From Ylistrum balloti (Eukaryota), in assembly GCF_031769215.1 (NCBI RefSeq), contig NW_026781892.1:744001-808000 (forward strand): DNA of 64,000 nt. The letters run 5' to 3'. Position 1 is the stretch's first letter, and each line of letters opens with the position of its first letter. The position numbers and the translations under genes were made by a program. Positions 12,231 through 24,886 of the stretch are shown piece by piece. The notes under the pieces are model-generated. The model worked only from the letters and a program-made list of their open reading frames with translations, did no database searches and had not been told where the DNA came from.

Positions 12231-13332
12231 ATTTCTACTCTGTATCTGCCTTTCTCATGATACATGTTATTGCCGATATGTTGAAAATACGATAATAAAT
12301 TTTTGAAAAGTTGATATTGTTAACTAATCTAGTACTCACAGACAAAACATATAGAAACATTAAAAGTTATATTTATAAGAATGGATAAAATATCAACTAT
12401 TCAACATTAATATATAAAGAGATGAACAACATGTAAATATAAACATTTACAATAACAACAAAATTAAAAAAAAAAACAACAAAAAAACCCCACTAAGTAA
12501 TCGGTATTCCATTATTTAAAAAAAGCAACATTTATGATGCATATATCTTAAAGATTAACGCATTTTTAATACTAAGTAAATTTAAATGATAATGAATTGC
12601 TCAAACTGATTGGCACCTCCGCACCTTTCAATCTTAAGCAATCAGTTTAACATAACAATGAATAAAGCTATATATTCGAGTTTTTCTAAATTATTGAAAT
12701 ATAGGAGGCGTCTCAGAAATGTTCCGAAATAAATGTCAACGGTGACATCAACTTTTTACATTGTTCTATTAATGAATAATTTTCAATATAAGGAAATTTT
12801 GAGCTGGATATGTTTTGAACCATGTAACAATACAGATACATTAGAACCTGTCATGAAATTATAAATGAGGTGACTAATTATTAATAAAAGTTGGGATGCT
12901 GTTATAGATGGATTAAAATGGTAAATAATTTGGAGTTCACAGTTACTGTCAAAAATGTTTCAATAATTATGGTATCTAGTTGTCATGGATTTAAAATGTC
13001 TGTTATCATAACTGTTAGAGCAACAGAAAAGTCAAACTTGCTTTCGGACTGTGCGTAACACGATTCATTGGACGCTAGAGGAAGATCTTTTGTCCAAGGA
13101 AGGGACAGGTCTACACTGGAGACTGGACTTAAATGAGTTTCCGTTACATGAATGGCAATTGTAATATTAACAGGATGTTTTAACCATATCTACTTCAGTA
13201 TCACTACACGTTAACGTTTGTATATCTGGGATCAAACTGCTGACGACTGCATGTCCACAGGGCACTTAATTAATAAATCTATCACCTACCTGCATCTGTT
13301 ATGTGGGTACGTGGCGACAGCAGGTCAGTCTG

Positions 13333-13340
13333 TATATAAA
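13333..13340 (+). promoter_or_regulatory. TATA box (TATATAAA) of TY-2, preceded by CAGGTCAG
   Basis: Canonical TATA ~72 nt upstream of ATG 13412; the motif is retained in the degenerate copy at 17961-17980. Confidence 0.65.
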
Positions 13341-13411
13341 GGTGTTTCTCCGTTGCAGCATCACAGACCAGATACACCGTTCAGACAGGATACAACACTC
13401 TAGTGTACAAG

Positions 13412-13466
13412 ATGAAGATTGCCATACTTACCGTTCTCCTCGCTTTCATCGTTGCCTTTGCTGCCG
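13412..13466 (+). CDS. Two-domain thyroglobulin type-1 secreted protein, gene TY-2, exon 1 of 4 (signal peptide)
   Basis: MKIAILTVLLAFIVAFAA + g|gttagt, phase 1. The four exons total 55+160+77+188=480 nt (159 aa + stop). Confidence 0.85.
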
Positions 13467-14007
13467 GTTAGTATTATTAACACGTATCGTTCCCTTCAGG
13501 TTAAAGCCAATCTTTGTCTTATCAAATGCTTTCAGTATTCCACACTCTTTGGTGAACGTTTAAGTTAAATTCATGTATCAAGAATAGAGTTCAACAGCCA
13601 TTTCATTTGTTTGAAACGAGATAAGTTTTAAAAAAAACCCAAAAAAACAATAACATGCTATTGGTTTTAAAACCCTTGTGCAACCAAATTTATTTAAGCT
13701 TTACAAAGTGTGTCAGCACAGACTCGCACAACTACAATTCGTTTTCTGGCACAAAAGGGGATTGGGATTGATGATCGTTTTTGAATCTGTTTTAAACGCT
13801 TACTCTTCCGGAGCACCAGGTTTTATTCCCCCCTTTTTTAGAAGTCTCCGTGCAGATCTTTCTCTTGTTCATTTATTGCCGTAGTGTTATGGAATTTGGT
13901 TTTGAATTATGTTGTCATGTTGGAAGTTTTTTTGGCCTGATAAGATATCATTATCAATCTTGAACTCCAACCCAAGCTCAATATTAACTGTGCTAATGCT
14001 CTCTCAG

Positions 14008-14167
14008 GGGTTTCCCTACCGGTGACTTGCGAAATGGAACTCGCCGCAATCGAGGCTGAGATTGCAGAACTTACGGCTCAAAATAATGGCATGCCTCCAG
14101 TTGGGTACATGAAACCTGATTGCCTGGTAGACGGCACCTATGCCCCTCGTCAGTGTCTTGGATCTGT
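14008..14167 (+). CDS. TY-2 exon 2
   Basis: ctctctcag acceptor; (G)VSLPVTCEMELAAIEAEIAELTAQNNGMPPVGYMKPDCLVDGTYAPRQCLGSV; gt|gtgagt donor. DGTYAPRQC is shared with TY-1. Confidence 0.9.
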
Positions 14168-14503
14168 GTGAGTAGCCATATTTTGAAAACTCTTTGTCTT
14201 GCAAATAGTGTTTATACTGATTTTATCCTTTCTAACTAGTTGTATTGTGTTTTAAAGTTCATATCACGTCTTCAATACATTTTGACAATATCTTGTTACT
14301 GTAACATCAAAAGCGATGCGTCGACGAACGTGATTTCAATTTCAACTGATAAATAAGTAACTTTTGAAAGCCAATAGATCTTTCTATATGCGTTAATGTG
14401 TTATAGAATGACAAAAATACTTTTATGTAACTGAGTTTTCCATAGGTGTATGGTTATAGTGGTATGTGGAGTGCTGACTGAATGTCACTATTATCATTTG
14501 TAG

Positions 14504-14580
14504 GTGTAAATGTGTAACCGCTGAGGGTTCCAAACTCACGGAGGATTTCAGTATTGGCTTCGCATACAAATCGGACTGTG
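14504..14580 (+). CDS. TY-2 exon 3
   Basis: tttgtag acceptor; CKCVTAEGSKLTEDFSIGFAYKSDC; g|gtatgt donor; same phases as TY-1. Confidence 0.9.
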
Positions 14581-15534
14581 GTATGTAGACATTTGGGGTC
14601 CTCTGTAGATAACAGTTGTTCCTTTCCCAATCTTCCATTAACGATAACGTCCTTCGTTATACCATATATAAAAATCAAATATATTTTTGTCATAAGGGAC
14701 TGTAGTAGAGCTTGGTGTGTACTCCAAAAGCGTAGTTTGTTTTAAAAAAAAAGACACACACAAATCGCCCTTTTAAAATGATTAACCCAATCGTAATTAT
14801 GTTTTCGAAATCAATTATCTTTCAAATAAATAAATAAAACCAAAACAAAGACAACACCATCTAGATACTTTGAGGAACATTGTTTGAAAATGGAATTTTA
14901 AAAAATCGAAAAAAAATATACATGAAAAATTGACATAGAAGACTAGATCGCGCAATGTATGAATTAGACACTCCCTGTCATCCTTGAAAATATAAAAATA
15001 AGAATCAGGTCTATTTTATATGAATGTTATTCTCGCGGGTTATAGTCACTAATAGTTATTCATTTTTTTTAACAAATATGAATTCTAACTTGAAACCAAG
15101 TACAAAGTGATTTTTTTTCTGGATCACAACACTACTTCGATCTTAACCCAAATGTTATTTAATGGAATAGTTTAATTTTAACCAAATGACAAGTGTCATT
15201 TTTTAAATCTTCCTGTTGTTAATTTACCTCTTCAGAACAATGATGTCTGACTTTTCCATAGTCTAAATTTACATTATGTGCTTATCATACTTTGTACTCT
15301 AAGATAAATATTGCCAGTTGCTGGTGGAAATTTATGTCAATTTCTATGTTGATTATATACCTCCAAACTGAAGTAATCAACCTTTTTTTCCTTGCACACA
15401 TTGAAGATATGCACGTGAACCAAATCTAGTTTGTGATATTCTCGTTTTTCGGCGAGATTTAAGGACTGGTTTCTTGAACGATACGAACTGTATTTAACCT
15501 ATAAAGCCACGAAATATCATTTTATTTATTCCAG

Positions 15535-15722
15535 CATGTGCACGAAGGAAACACGAGTATTCTCTAAAGAAAATGTATGGCAAGTTCTTCGATTGTAACC
15601 CGATAGGCAGTTACAATCCAATCCAGTGTACCGGAAGTGTCTGTTACTGTGTGGACTACCAAGGTAACCAGGTTGGACCAGAAACAGCCAACATTGGTTC
15701 ACAAGACCGGCTCAACTGTTAG
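15535..15722 (+). CDS. TY-2 exon 4 (domain 2, stop)
   Basis: ttattccag acceptor; (A)CARRKHEYSLKKMYGKFFDCNPIGSYNPIQCTGSVCYCVDYQGNQVGPETANIGSQDRLNC*; 188 nt, the same as TY-1 exon 4. Confidence 0.9.
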
Positions 15723-16040
15723 ACGTCTAATAAAGTTATATGTGTGTTTAAAATTTTGATGGTTGTATTTATTTCTTTATGAGAGATACCGTATTTTGAA
15801 ACAGAAAAAAAAAGAAAAAAAACAAAAAAACAAAAAAAACAACAGAACCCCCCACCCCCACCCCCCGGAAAAAAAAAACAAAAAAAACGGGGAATTTAAT
15901 TCTCATGATGTTGATAAATGAGTATATCTTATTTATATTGTATTACACCAAATATCAATTTTCAAACAAGTGACGTCTGATGTAACATTTTCGAACAAGA
16001 ATGATTCAATCATTCAATCAGATAAAGCTATAGGCTAAAC

Positions 16041-16505
16041 ATACAAGAGCATACTAAAATATCAACATAATCATAATCCAAATTCAAATTCAATAAAACT
16101 AGGGCAAAATATGAACAAGAGAAACATTTACACAGAGACTCCTAAAACAGTACAAGGAGAATAAGATCATGTGTTCCGGAAGAGCAAGCGTCTTCTCCTT
16201 CATCGACAACTCCCGCCATACAAGAGCATACTAAAATATCAACATAATCATAATCCAAATTCAAATTCAATAAAACTAGGGCAAAATATGAACAAGAGAA
16301 ACATTTACACAGAGACTCCTAAAACAGTACAAGGAGAATAAGATCATGTGTTCCGGAAGAGCAAGCGTCTTCTCCTTCATCGACAACTCCCGCCATGTAA
16401 ACCTTTTTAAATCCAAGTAAGTAATGTCAGATTCTCAAATGAGTGCAAGGTATACAAAACGGAACCATCAGGCAAACAATGGAGCATTAAACACACCCAG
16501 CTTCA
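16041..16505 (-). mobile_element. R1 copy containing a 177-bp near-perfect tandem duplication
   Basis: atacaagagcatactaaaat starts at 16041 and again at 16218; the remainder matches the R1 head. Confidence 0.75.
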
Positions 16506-17934
16506 TATCGCACAAATAGATAGAATATTTTCTCAATGAGATCACTATCACAAAAATTATTGATTAGGAATTTGGCTATTTTTTTTTTTTTTTTTTAGAT
16601 TAAATGGCAAAATATTTTAGCTTCATCCTGAATGATCAAGTATTAAAAGCAATACTTCAATGTTAAAATAAATATATCTATCAAATCTTGTGATGACGAA
16701 TATTATGTATCATCAACATAAAACCAAATTCTCTCACAGGAGGTAATAAAAAGAAATTATAATCAACGATGGAAATCTAATCAGTAACAATGATTAAAAA
16801 AAAATAATAAACCCTTTATGGCGGTCAAGGGATTTACAAAATCGAACGAACCACTTAAACTGGATATCTTGCGCATACTATTAACCAGAATATATTTTCA
16901 AATTTCCCATGAATTACAGCCACGCAGTCTCCACTTTTACCTTACTTACTCTGTTTAGAGAGTAATGTAGATTTGATATTGTAAACAAACGCCGGAATTC
17001 ACTTTCAATTAATTAAAATACACTGGTTGATCTATTTGAGGTACTATGCACACAGAAGTTGTTAGTATAAAGGAATGCAGTATAATCCAGACAATAAACT
17101 GATATATGCACATATGTCGTATGATATTGGATCTACTTTATCATTAGGAATTTCGTGATTACATTATCAGGTAAAATTCGTGAGAAGTCACGAAATTTTA
17201 TATAAATCTTTAAAGTGACATCTATTATCATTCAAGAGATTAAAACGTCAGTGATCAGCAAGGCACAATCATTTGATGCTCAAAGCAACCAGCTTTCATT
17301 ATCGTACGTGTCTCTATTTCCAAAACTTCCTAAAATTAATGTCAATGCCTTATCGACTCTATCTCTCTTTCCGAACAACATTGTAAATATTTTTCTTAGT
17401 TATCCAATATTAAAGGTCCATTTTCCTATCTTTCCTTTAAAATAATTATTTTGACAAAATGTTTGCATCATTGCCATTTAAGTATCAATAGTTTGGTAGA
17501 CTCCTGACATCACTTATAGACAGGGCGATAATTTAAACCTGACATCAAAGAAGAACAGAATATTCCAAATTATCTGATATCACGAAATTACAAGATCAAT
17601 TCCATTATGTGTCTAATGCATCTCCCCAACCTCTGTTTGGACTTTCGATTAGTTAGGATTTTCCTCATCCAAGGCTTCACAATTAAGGCCCTTGGCATTT
17701 CTGACGAGTTCTAGAAGGACGAATTACCTTTATGATTCAGTTTATCGAATGCCTTCTGTTAATCAATCTGTCATAACGATTCCAATCTCTATCAAAACCG
17801 TCCGACAAACTGATGTGATTTGGTTATTATGTTAGGGCTTAAGTATTCAGCAACTGTTCTGTGACCAAAAGGTGATTTTGTTTAAAAGATAGCGACCGTT
17901 CTGTAACCATAGGTGACTCTGTTTGGGAGCCACA

Positions 17935-18185
17935 CCTGTCATGATGGTACGTCACGACTACAGGTCAGTCAGTATATAGAGTTGTTCCTCGGTTGCAGCA
18001 TCCTAGAATAGAAATAGATTTTCCAGACTTGATCCGACATTCAATAGTGCTGGATTTAGATTGCCTTGCTTCTTCCCTTTCTGTTTCGTCATCAAAGTTG
18101 TATGTGTTGCTTGATAGTATGTCATGTTATATCATTCACTTGAGGTTAAAGCAAATCTAAGTCGTATCATGCTTGGTCAGTATTT
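17935..18185 (+). pseudogene. Degenerate copy of the TY-2 promoter, exon 1 and start of intron 1
   Basis: caggtcagtcagtatatagag...gttgcagcatc matches 13321-13362. gatttagattgcc (18053) corresponds to gatgaagattgcc (13411): ATG lost, TAG gained. aggttaaagcaaatct (18143) corresponds to aggttaaagccaatct (13498). Confidence 0.75.
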
Positions 18186-18269
18186 CAAAGTGTTTAATAA
18201 CAGTATAGAACAATAGTTAACTTCAAGCAGTCGCGAATAGAGCAAAAATGTTCGTGCAGTTGTTGTTTT

Positions 18270-18560
18270 AAATTTTGAGTATGAAAAAATTGACATTGGT
18301 GTGAAATCTGTACTTATTGACCAAAGCCTGGCGAGACGGATCTCAACAGCATTTCCGTGTTGTATGTATCATACTGTATCAATATTGTAATCGTTCTCAG
18401 TGCTTACTCGGGAGACAGCTGCTGCTGACAGGTTACAACAAAAACGAACGAGAGATGTATGGTGATTAATGTTATCAGGAAGTTTTAAGGTCAACACATA
18501 ATCTCAACGGGGAAATATTCTATGTTGTATATCCGTGAGATCCGGGAGATAATATATCAC
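18270..18560 (+). mobile_element. Decayed C-terminal coding fragment of the Penelope-like element
   Basis: agg aag ttt taa ggt caa cac = RKF*GQH and RQLL... resemble the RT-terminal motifs seen more clearly at 58400-58720. Confidence 0.4.
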
Positions 18561-19074
18561 CTTATTAAAGTGGATTCGTTCTTGTAAACGTATTCGTTAT
18601 CTAACCAAGATTCAAACTTCCGGGGTACCTATTCAAATTCCCCTGTTTTTTTCCGTATTTCACACCCGTTTTAACAATTTTGAGGTTGACACTAATTTTG
18701 TTTCTTCCGTTTTTTTCTCATATGACGCTTTGTATCTAAATTTACAGGTTCAATTTCAACTTCCTGTATGATAAGCGTAACGGTTTCAATTTCCTGCCGT
18801 TGAATTTCCACTTTCTATTCATTGCCTGCAAACCTACATATGTACATTTATATTGCAGAAGATTGGTTTTGAGGACTCATTTCCAAAACCTCTTCCCATG
18901 ATAATTCTCCAACTGTTTGGCATTTGGTATGGATCCCATACATTGACTTTTGTCGGAGATAGTACCAAACATGCTCAATCGGGTTCACGCCTAGCGACAC
19001 TAAAGGCCATGAGAGGGTCTGCATCTTTTCGTGTTGAAGATGGTCTTACTATAGGCGGACTCAGTATGTTTTAG

Positions 19075-19405
19075 TATTGCCATTCATTAGGACCTCTTCT
19101 CATTATCACGATTTTCGTGCAAGAAGTCATCAACTGACTGAAGCTGGACGTGTTTGATGCTCGTTAGGTGGCCTGTTCGGTCCCTTGTTGTATACATTGT
19201 TCTCATTTAAGACATCATTCACATGGATTGACCAAGGTTTACATGACAGGTCGATGAAGCAGAAGACGCTAACTCTTCCTGAACACCTGGTCTTATTCTC
19301 TTTGTACGTTTTCCGGAGTCCTCGTGTAAATGTTTCTTTTGTTCATATTTTGCCCTAGTTTTATTGGATTTGAGTTTGAATTATGATTATGTTGCCATGT
19401 TGGTA
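19075..19405 (+). mobile_element. R1 copy with last ORF codons
   Basis: SSHYHDFRARSHQLTE codons run into the gaagctggacgtgtttgatg head and the gtcgatgaagcagaagacgc core. Confidence 0.6.
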
Positions 19406-19866
19406 TTTTCTTGATGTTTTTATAGACCTTACTGTCCATGGTTGAGCATCAAAATGCTTAACTACGAAAGGCCGAAATATCTGTTACGGGAGTTTTGTCC
19501 GTTTACAGTTCCTCCAAGGGCATGTAAGCAAAGTTTACAGTTCAGAGGAAAAAATGTGACACCGCCATCATCAAATGCAGTTATGCAAAGAATGAGAGTC
19601 TGGTGACAGGCAGACCTCTTGGTCTCCATACATGGACCCTTCCGTTTGTAGGACAAAATAAAAACCGGCTTTCGTCAGACCAGTGGACTTACCGCAAAGA
19701 CCTGATATTCCATATCCGGTGTTCATATCCCCATTTCATTCTTGTTTGTGCCTTCCAGCTAACAGAGGGCGCTTCGATAATTGATTAAGCAGTATACTTA
19801 TATTCAAATAAACATGTCTTTCTTTTTTTCAATATTTTTAAATACACTACATAATCACAGCACTAG

Positions 19867-19905
<39 letters not shown>

Positions 19906-19973
19906 GTCATCGTCATCATCATCATCATCATCGTCAATTTTTCTATTATCATCATCGTCGTCGTCGTCATCAT
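19867..19973. repeat. Imperfect (ATC/GTC)n microsatellite
   Basis: Read directly; it explains the poly-S ORF. Confidence 0.95.
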
Positions 19974-21087
19974 GAATATGCAAATGAGAAACTCACAAAC
20001 GGCATATTGTTGCTATAGTTACTATTCATTTCTTTCACAAATAACAAGATATCATCTTGAAGGATTTACGGATTTATTTTTTCTATTTAGCATTTGAAAG
20101 CATTTTTGACATTCTGATAGTCTATGCAGCAACACTAAAATTAACACAACACTCATAAAACCAGATTTCTATTCGGTTTCCACAGTAAAGAATCTGCACT
20201 TCAGGCAAAGATTTCACTGCCCTACTACCAAATATAAGACATATCCTTTCAATTTATCATTTTATAATTGACAATACCACTACCAAGAAATAGCTAGATT
20301 TGACTAGACCTTTACAAGTGGATTTACACAGGAAGGGTACAAGACTAGGTGTTATTTTCTGTACTGTATCGTTGGGTATTGACATTGAGGTAATTACATA
20401 TTGCTTGGTACATAGCACGCCAAATTAAGCGTGTAGTTACCCTTATTTAAAAACACTTTGGCGTAAGCATAGAAAATGATGATTAATATAGCACATATTT
20501 TATTGAAGCATTTAAAACTTAAACACATCGTTACAGCAATTGCTGATTCAATTAAGCTACCAAATATTATTCTATCGGATGATATAGGATAGCGCTGCCT
20601 TGGCATTATTGACAACAAAATAGTTTAAAGAGTAAAGGATCAAATTAATATTTAAGTTCACTCTTTGCAAATACAAAAAGCATGTCACATCATATCTAGA
20701 TCGCTTAGATATCTCGTTACATTGTTGTGTTTATATACATTTAGGATTGTAAGCGAACATTTACATCTGGTTTAAGTGACATTAAAATATACTCTTGTCT
20801 ACTCGCCATTCGTAGATATTGATAAATAAAAACATTGTGTTTGTTAAGTTGCATCTAGAGATTAAGCGTTGCAAGTATAAATACTATTGATTTAAATTTC
20901 ACAAGCGAACATGTACATATTAACTCAGGGATGGCTCATTTGTGAACATTTCAGACCGAGTCAATTAGAGTGCTTTCCCCTGATTAAGCCTCGTTTACAA
21001 TCCACTTCTAAATTTATAAAGAGGCGAATAAAGTTGCTATGTTGAATGTTCTGATGTATAGATAAATTCCAGCAAAAATGTATAAAA

Positions 21088-24000
21088 ATACTTAATCACC
21101 TAACTCTATATGTCACTATTTCTCTGTGGAGACATACCGACATGTATTAAATACTTAATCACCTAACTCTATATGTCACTATTTCTCTGTGGAGACATAC
21201 CGACATGTATTAAATACTTAATCACCTAACTCTATATGTCACTATTTCTCTGTGGAGACATACCGACATGTATTAAATACTTAATCACCTAACTCTATAT
21301 GTCACTATTTCACTGATGGACTGTTGAGATATACTGACATGTATTAAATACTTAATGACCTAACTCTATATGTCACTATTTCTCTGATGGACTGTTGAGA
21401 TATACCGACATGTATTAAATACTTAATCACCTAACTCTATATGTCACTATTTCTCTGTGGAGACATACCGACATGTATTAAATACTTAATCGCCTAACTC
21501 TATATGTCACTATTTCTCTGTGGAGACATACCGACATGTATTAAATACTTAATCACCTAACTCTATATGTCACTATTTCTCTGCGGAGACATACCGACAT
21601 GTATTAAATACTTAATCACCTAACTCTATATGTCACTATTTCTCTGTGGAGACATACCGACATGTATTAAATACTTATTCACCTAACTGTATATGTCACT
21701 ATTTCTCTGTGGAGACATACCGACATGTATTAAATACTTAATCACCTAACTCTATATGTCACTATTTCTCTGTGGAGACATACCGACATGTATTAAATAC
21801 TTCATCACCTAACTCTATATGTCACTATTTCACTGATGGACTGTTGAGACATACCGACATGTATTAAATACTTAATCACCTAATTCTATATGTCACTATT
21901 TCTCTGTGGAGACATACCGACATGTATTAAATACTTAATCACCTAACTCTATATGTCACTATTTCATTGATGGACTGTTGAGATATACCGACATGTATTA
22001 AATACTTAATGAACTAACTCCATATGTCACTATTTCTCTGATGGACTGTTGAGATATACCGACATGTATTAAATACTTAATCACCGAACTCTATAAGTCA
22101 CTATTTCACTGATGGACTGTTGAGATATACTGACATGTATTAAATACTTAATCACCTAACTCTATATGTCACTATTTCACTGATGGACTGTTGAGATATA
22201 CCGACATGTATTAAATACTTAATCACCTAACTCTATATGTCACTATTTCTCTGCGGAGATATACCGACATGTATTAAATACTTAATCACCTAACTCTATA
22301 TGTCACTATTTCACTGATGGACTGTTGAGATATACCGACATGTATTAAATACTTAATGACCTAACTCTATATGTCACTATTTCTCTGTGGAGACATACCG
22401 ACATGTATTAAATACTTAATCACCTAACTCTATATGTCACTATTTCACTGATGGACTGTTGAGATATACCGACATGTATTAAATACTTAATGACCTAACT
22501 CTATATGTCACTATTTCTCTGATGGACTGTTGAGATATACCGACATGTATTAAATACTTAATCACCTAACTCTATATGTCACTATTTCTCTGTGGAGACA
22601 TACCGACATGTATTAAATACTTAATCACCTAACTCTATATGTCATTATTTCTCTGTGGAGACATACCGACATGTATTAAATACTTAATCACCTAACTCTA
22701 TATGTCACTATTTCTCTGTGGAGACATACCGACATGTATTAAATACTTAATCACCTAACTCTATATGTCACTATTTCTCTGTGGAGACATACCGACATGT
22801 ATTAAATACTTAATGACCTAACTCTATATGTCACTATTTCTCTGATGGACTGTTGAGACATACCGACATGTATTAAATACTTAATCACCTAACTCTATAT
22901 GTCACTATTTCTCTGTGGAGACATACCGACATGTATTAAATACTTAATCACCTAACTCTATATGTCACTATTTCTCTGTGGAGACATACCGACATGTATT
23001 AAATACTTAATCACCTAACTCTATATGTCACTATTTCACTGATGGACTGTTGAGATATACCGACATGTGTTAAATACTTAATGACCTAACTCTATATGTC
23101 ACTATTTCTCTGATGGACTGTTGAGACATACCGACATGTATTAAATACTTAATCACCTAACTCTATATGTCACTATTTCTCTGTGGAGACATACCGACAT
23201 GTATTAAATACTTAATCACCTAACTCTATATGTCACTATTTCTCTGTGGAGACATACCGACATGTATTAAATACTTAATCACCTAACTCTATATGTCACT
23301 ATTTCACTGATGGACTGTTGAGATATACCGACATGTGTTAAATACTTAATGACCTAACTCTATATGTCACTATTTCTCTGATGGACTGTTGAGATATACC
23401 GACATGTATTAAATACTTAATCACCTAACTCTATATGTCATTATTTCTCTGTGGAGACATACCGACATGTATTAAATACTTAATCACCTAACTCTATAAG
23501 TCACTATTTCACTGATGGACTGTTGAGATATACCGACATGTATTAAATACTTAATCACCTAACTCTATATGTCACTATTTCACTGATGGACTGTTGAGAT
23601 ATACCGACATGTATTAAATACTTAATCACCTAACTCTATATGTCACTATTTCTCTGTGGAGACATACCGACATGTATTAAATACTTAATCACCTAACTCT
23701 ATATGTCATTATTTCTCTGTGGAGACATACCGACATGTATTAAATACTTAATCACCTAACTCTATAAGTCACTATTTCACTGATGGACTGTTGAGATATA
23801 CCGACATGTATTAAATACTTAATCACCTAACTCTATATGTCACTATTTCTCTGTGAAGACATACCGACATGTATTAAATACTTAATCACCTAACTCTATA
23901 TGTCATTTTTTCTCTGTGAAGACATACCGACATGTATTAAATACTTAATCACCTAACTCTATATGTCACTATTTCTCTGTGGAGACATACCGACATGTAT

Positions 24001-24295
24001 TAAATACTTAATCACCTAACTCTATATGTCACTATTTCTCTGTGGAGACATACCGACATGTATTTAATACTTAATCACCTAACTCTATAAGTCACTATTT
24101 CACTGATGGACTGTTGAGATATACCGACATGTGTTAAATACTTAATGACCTAACTCTATATGTCACTATTTCTCTGTGGAGACATACCGACATGTATTAA
24201 ATACTTAATCACCTAAATCTATATGTCACTATTTCTCTGATGGACTGTGGAGACATACCGACATATATATAATACCTAGTCACCTAACTCTATTT
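21088..24295. repeat. Minisatellite with interspersed 63-bp and 71-bp unit variants, ~48 units
   Basis: Constant part atacttaatcacctaactctatatgtcactattt, followed by either ctctgtggagacatac (63 bp; 21088->21151) or cactgatggactgttgagatatac (71 bp; 21277->21348). Confidence 0.97.
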
Positions 24296-24814
24296 ACAAT
24301 GTCCTGCCGAAAAATGTTGAAATACGATTCTTCAGAATAAATACACTCGACCAAGGAACCTCCAAATAAAAGCAAGATGTCAAGTCGATGTGTTGAGTTT
24401 ACGTTAAAGGTTTGGTGCGGACTTGGGTATTCACGTACTGACGGGTGTAGAGACGAAACGACTGCACAACATTTATATCGTCAGATAAAGTATTACTTAT
24501 CTTTTCCGTGCAAAAAATAGCGTGTATCTCTCAGTCGAGCAACAGTCAGTCAAAGCCTAAAAAGTCACTATAATCTTCATTAGGATATAACGGTGAATAA
24601 TGATACGTATTCCAGTTACCGTCACTGGTTCTTACAAGTATATATAACCAACAGGCCACGAGAGAGTAATCCGATAATATAAAGAGGTCAATTTTTTAAT
24701 ATCTCCGAAACTGAAGAGTAGCATCAGATAATGTCCAATCATCTACATTGGCATATTGGACGAATGGATGGAATACAAACAATGCATACAATTTACTCTT
24801 TTCGAACGAGAATC

Positions 24815-24886
24815 TAAATAGGCAGACTTACTGGGAAAGGGTCTCTGCCATAAATAGGCAGACTTACTGGGAAAGGGTCTCTGCCA
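24815..24886. repeat. Exact 36-bp tandem duplication spanning the TLR stop codon
   Basis: taaataggcagacttactgggaaagggtctctgcca at 24815-24850 and 24851-24886. Confidence 0.95.

Noticed and set aside
11984-12265. ORFs spanning N runs (also 53068-53589)
   Set aside because: Artefacts of assembly gaps.
2834-15722. Saxitoxin-binding role by analogy with saxiphilin
   Set aside because: In saxiphilin the toxin site is in the transferrin-like lobe, not the thyroglobulin repeats, and that lobe is absent here.
21088-24295. CRISPR-like look (constant block alternating with a variable block)
   Set aside because: The variable part takes only two related forms rather than unique spacers, there are no cas genes, and the context is eukaryotic.
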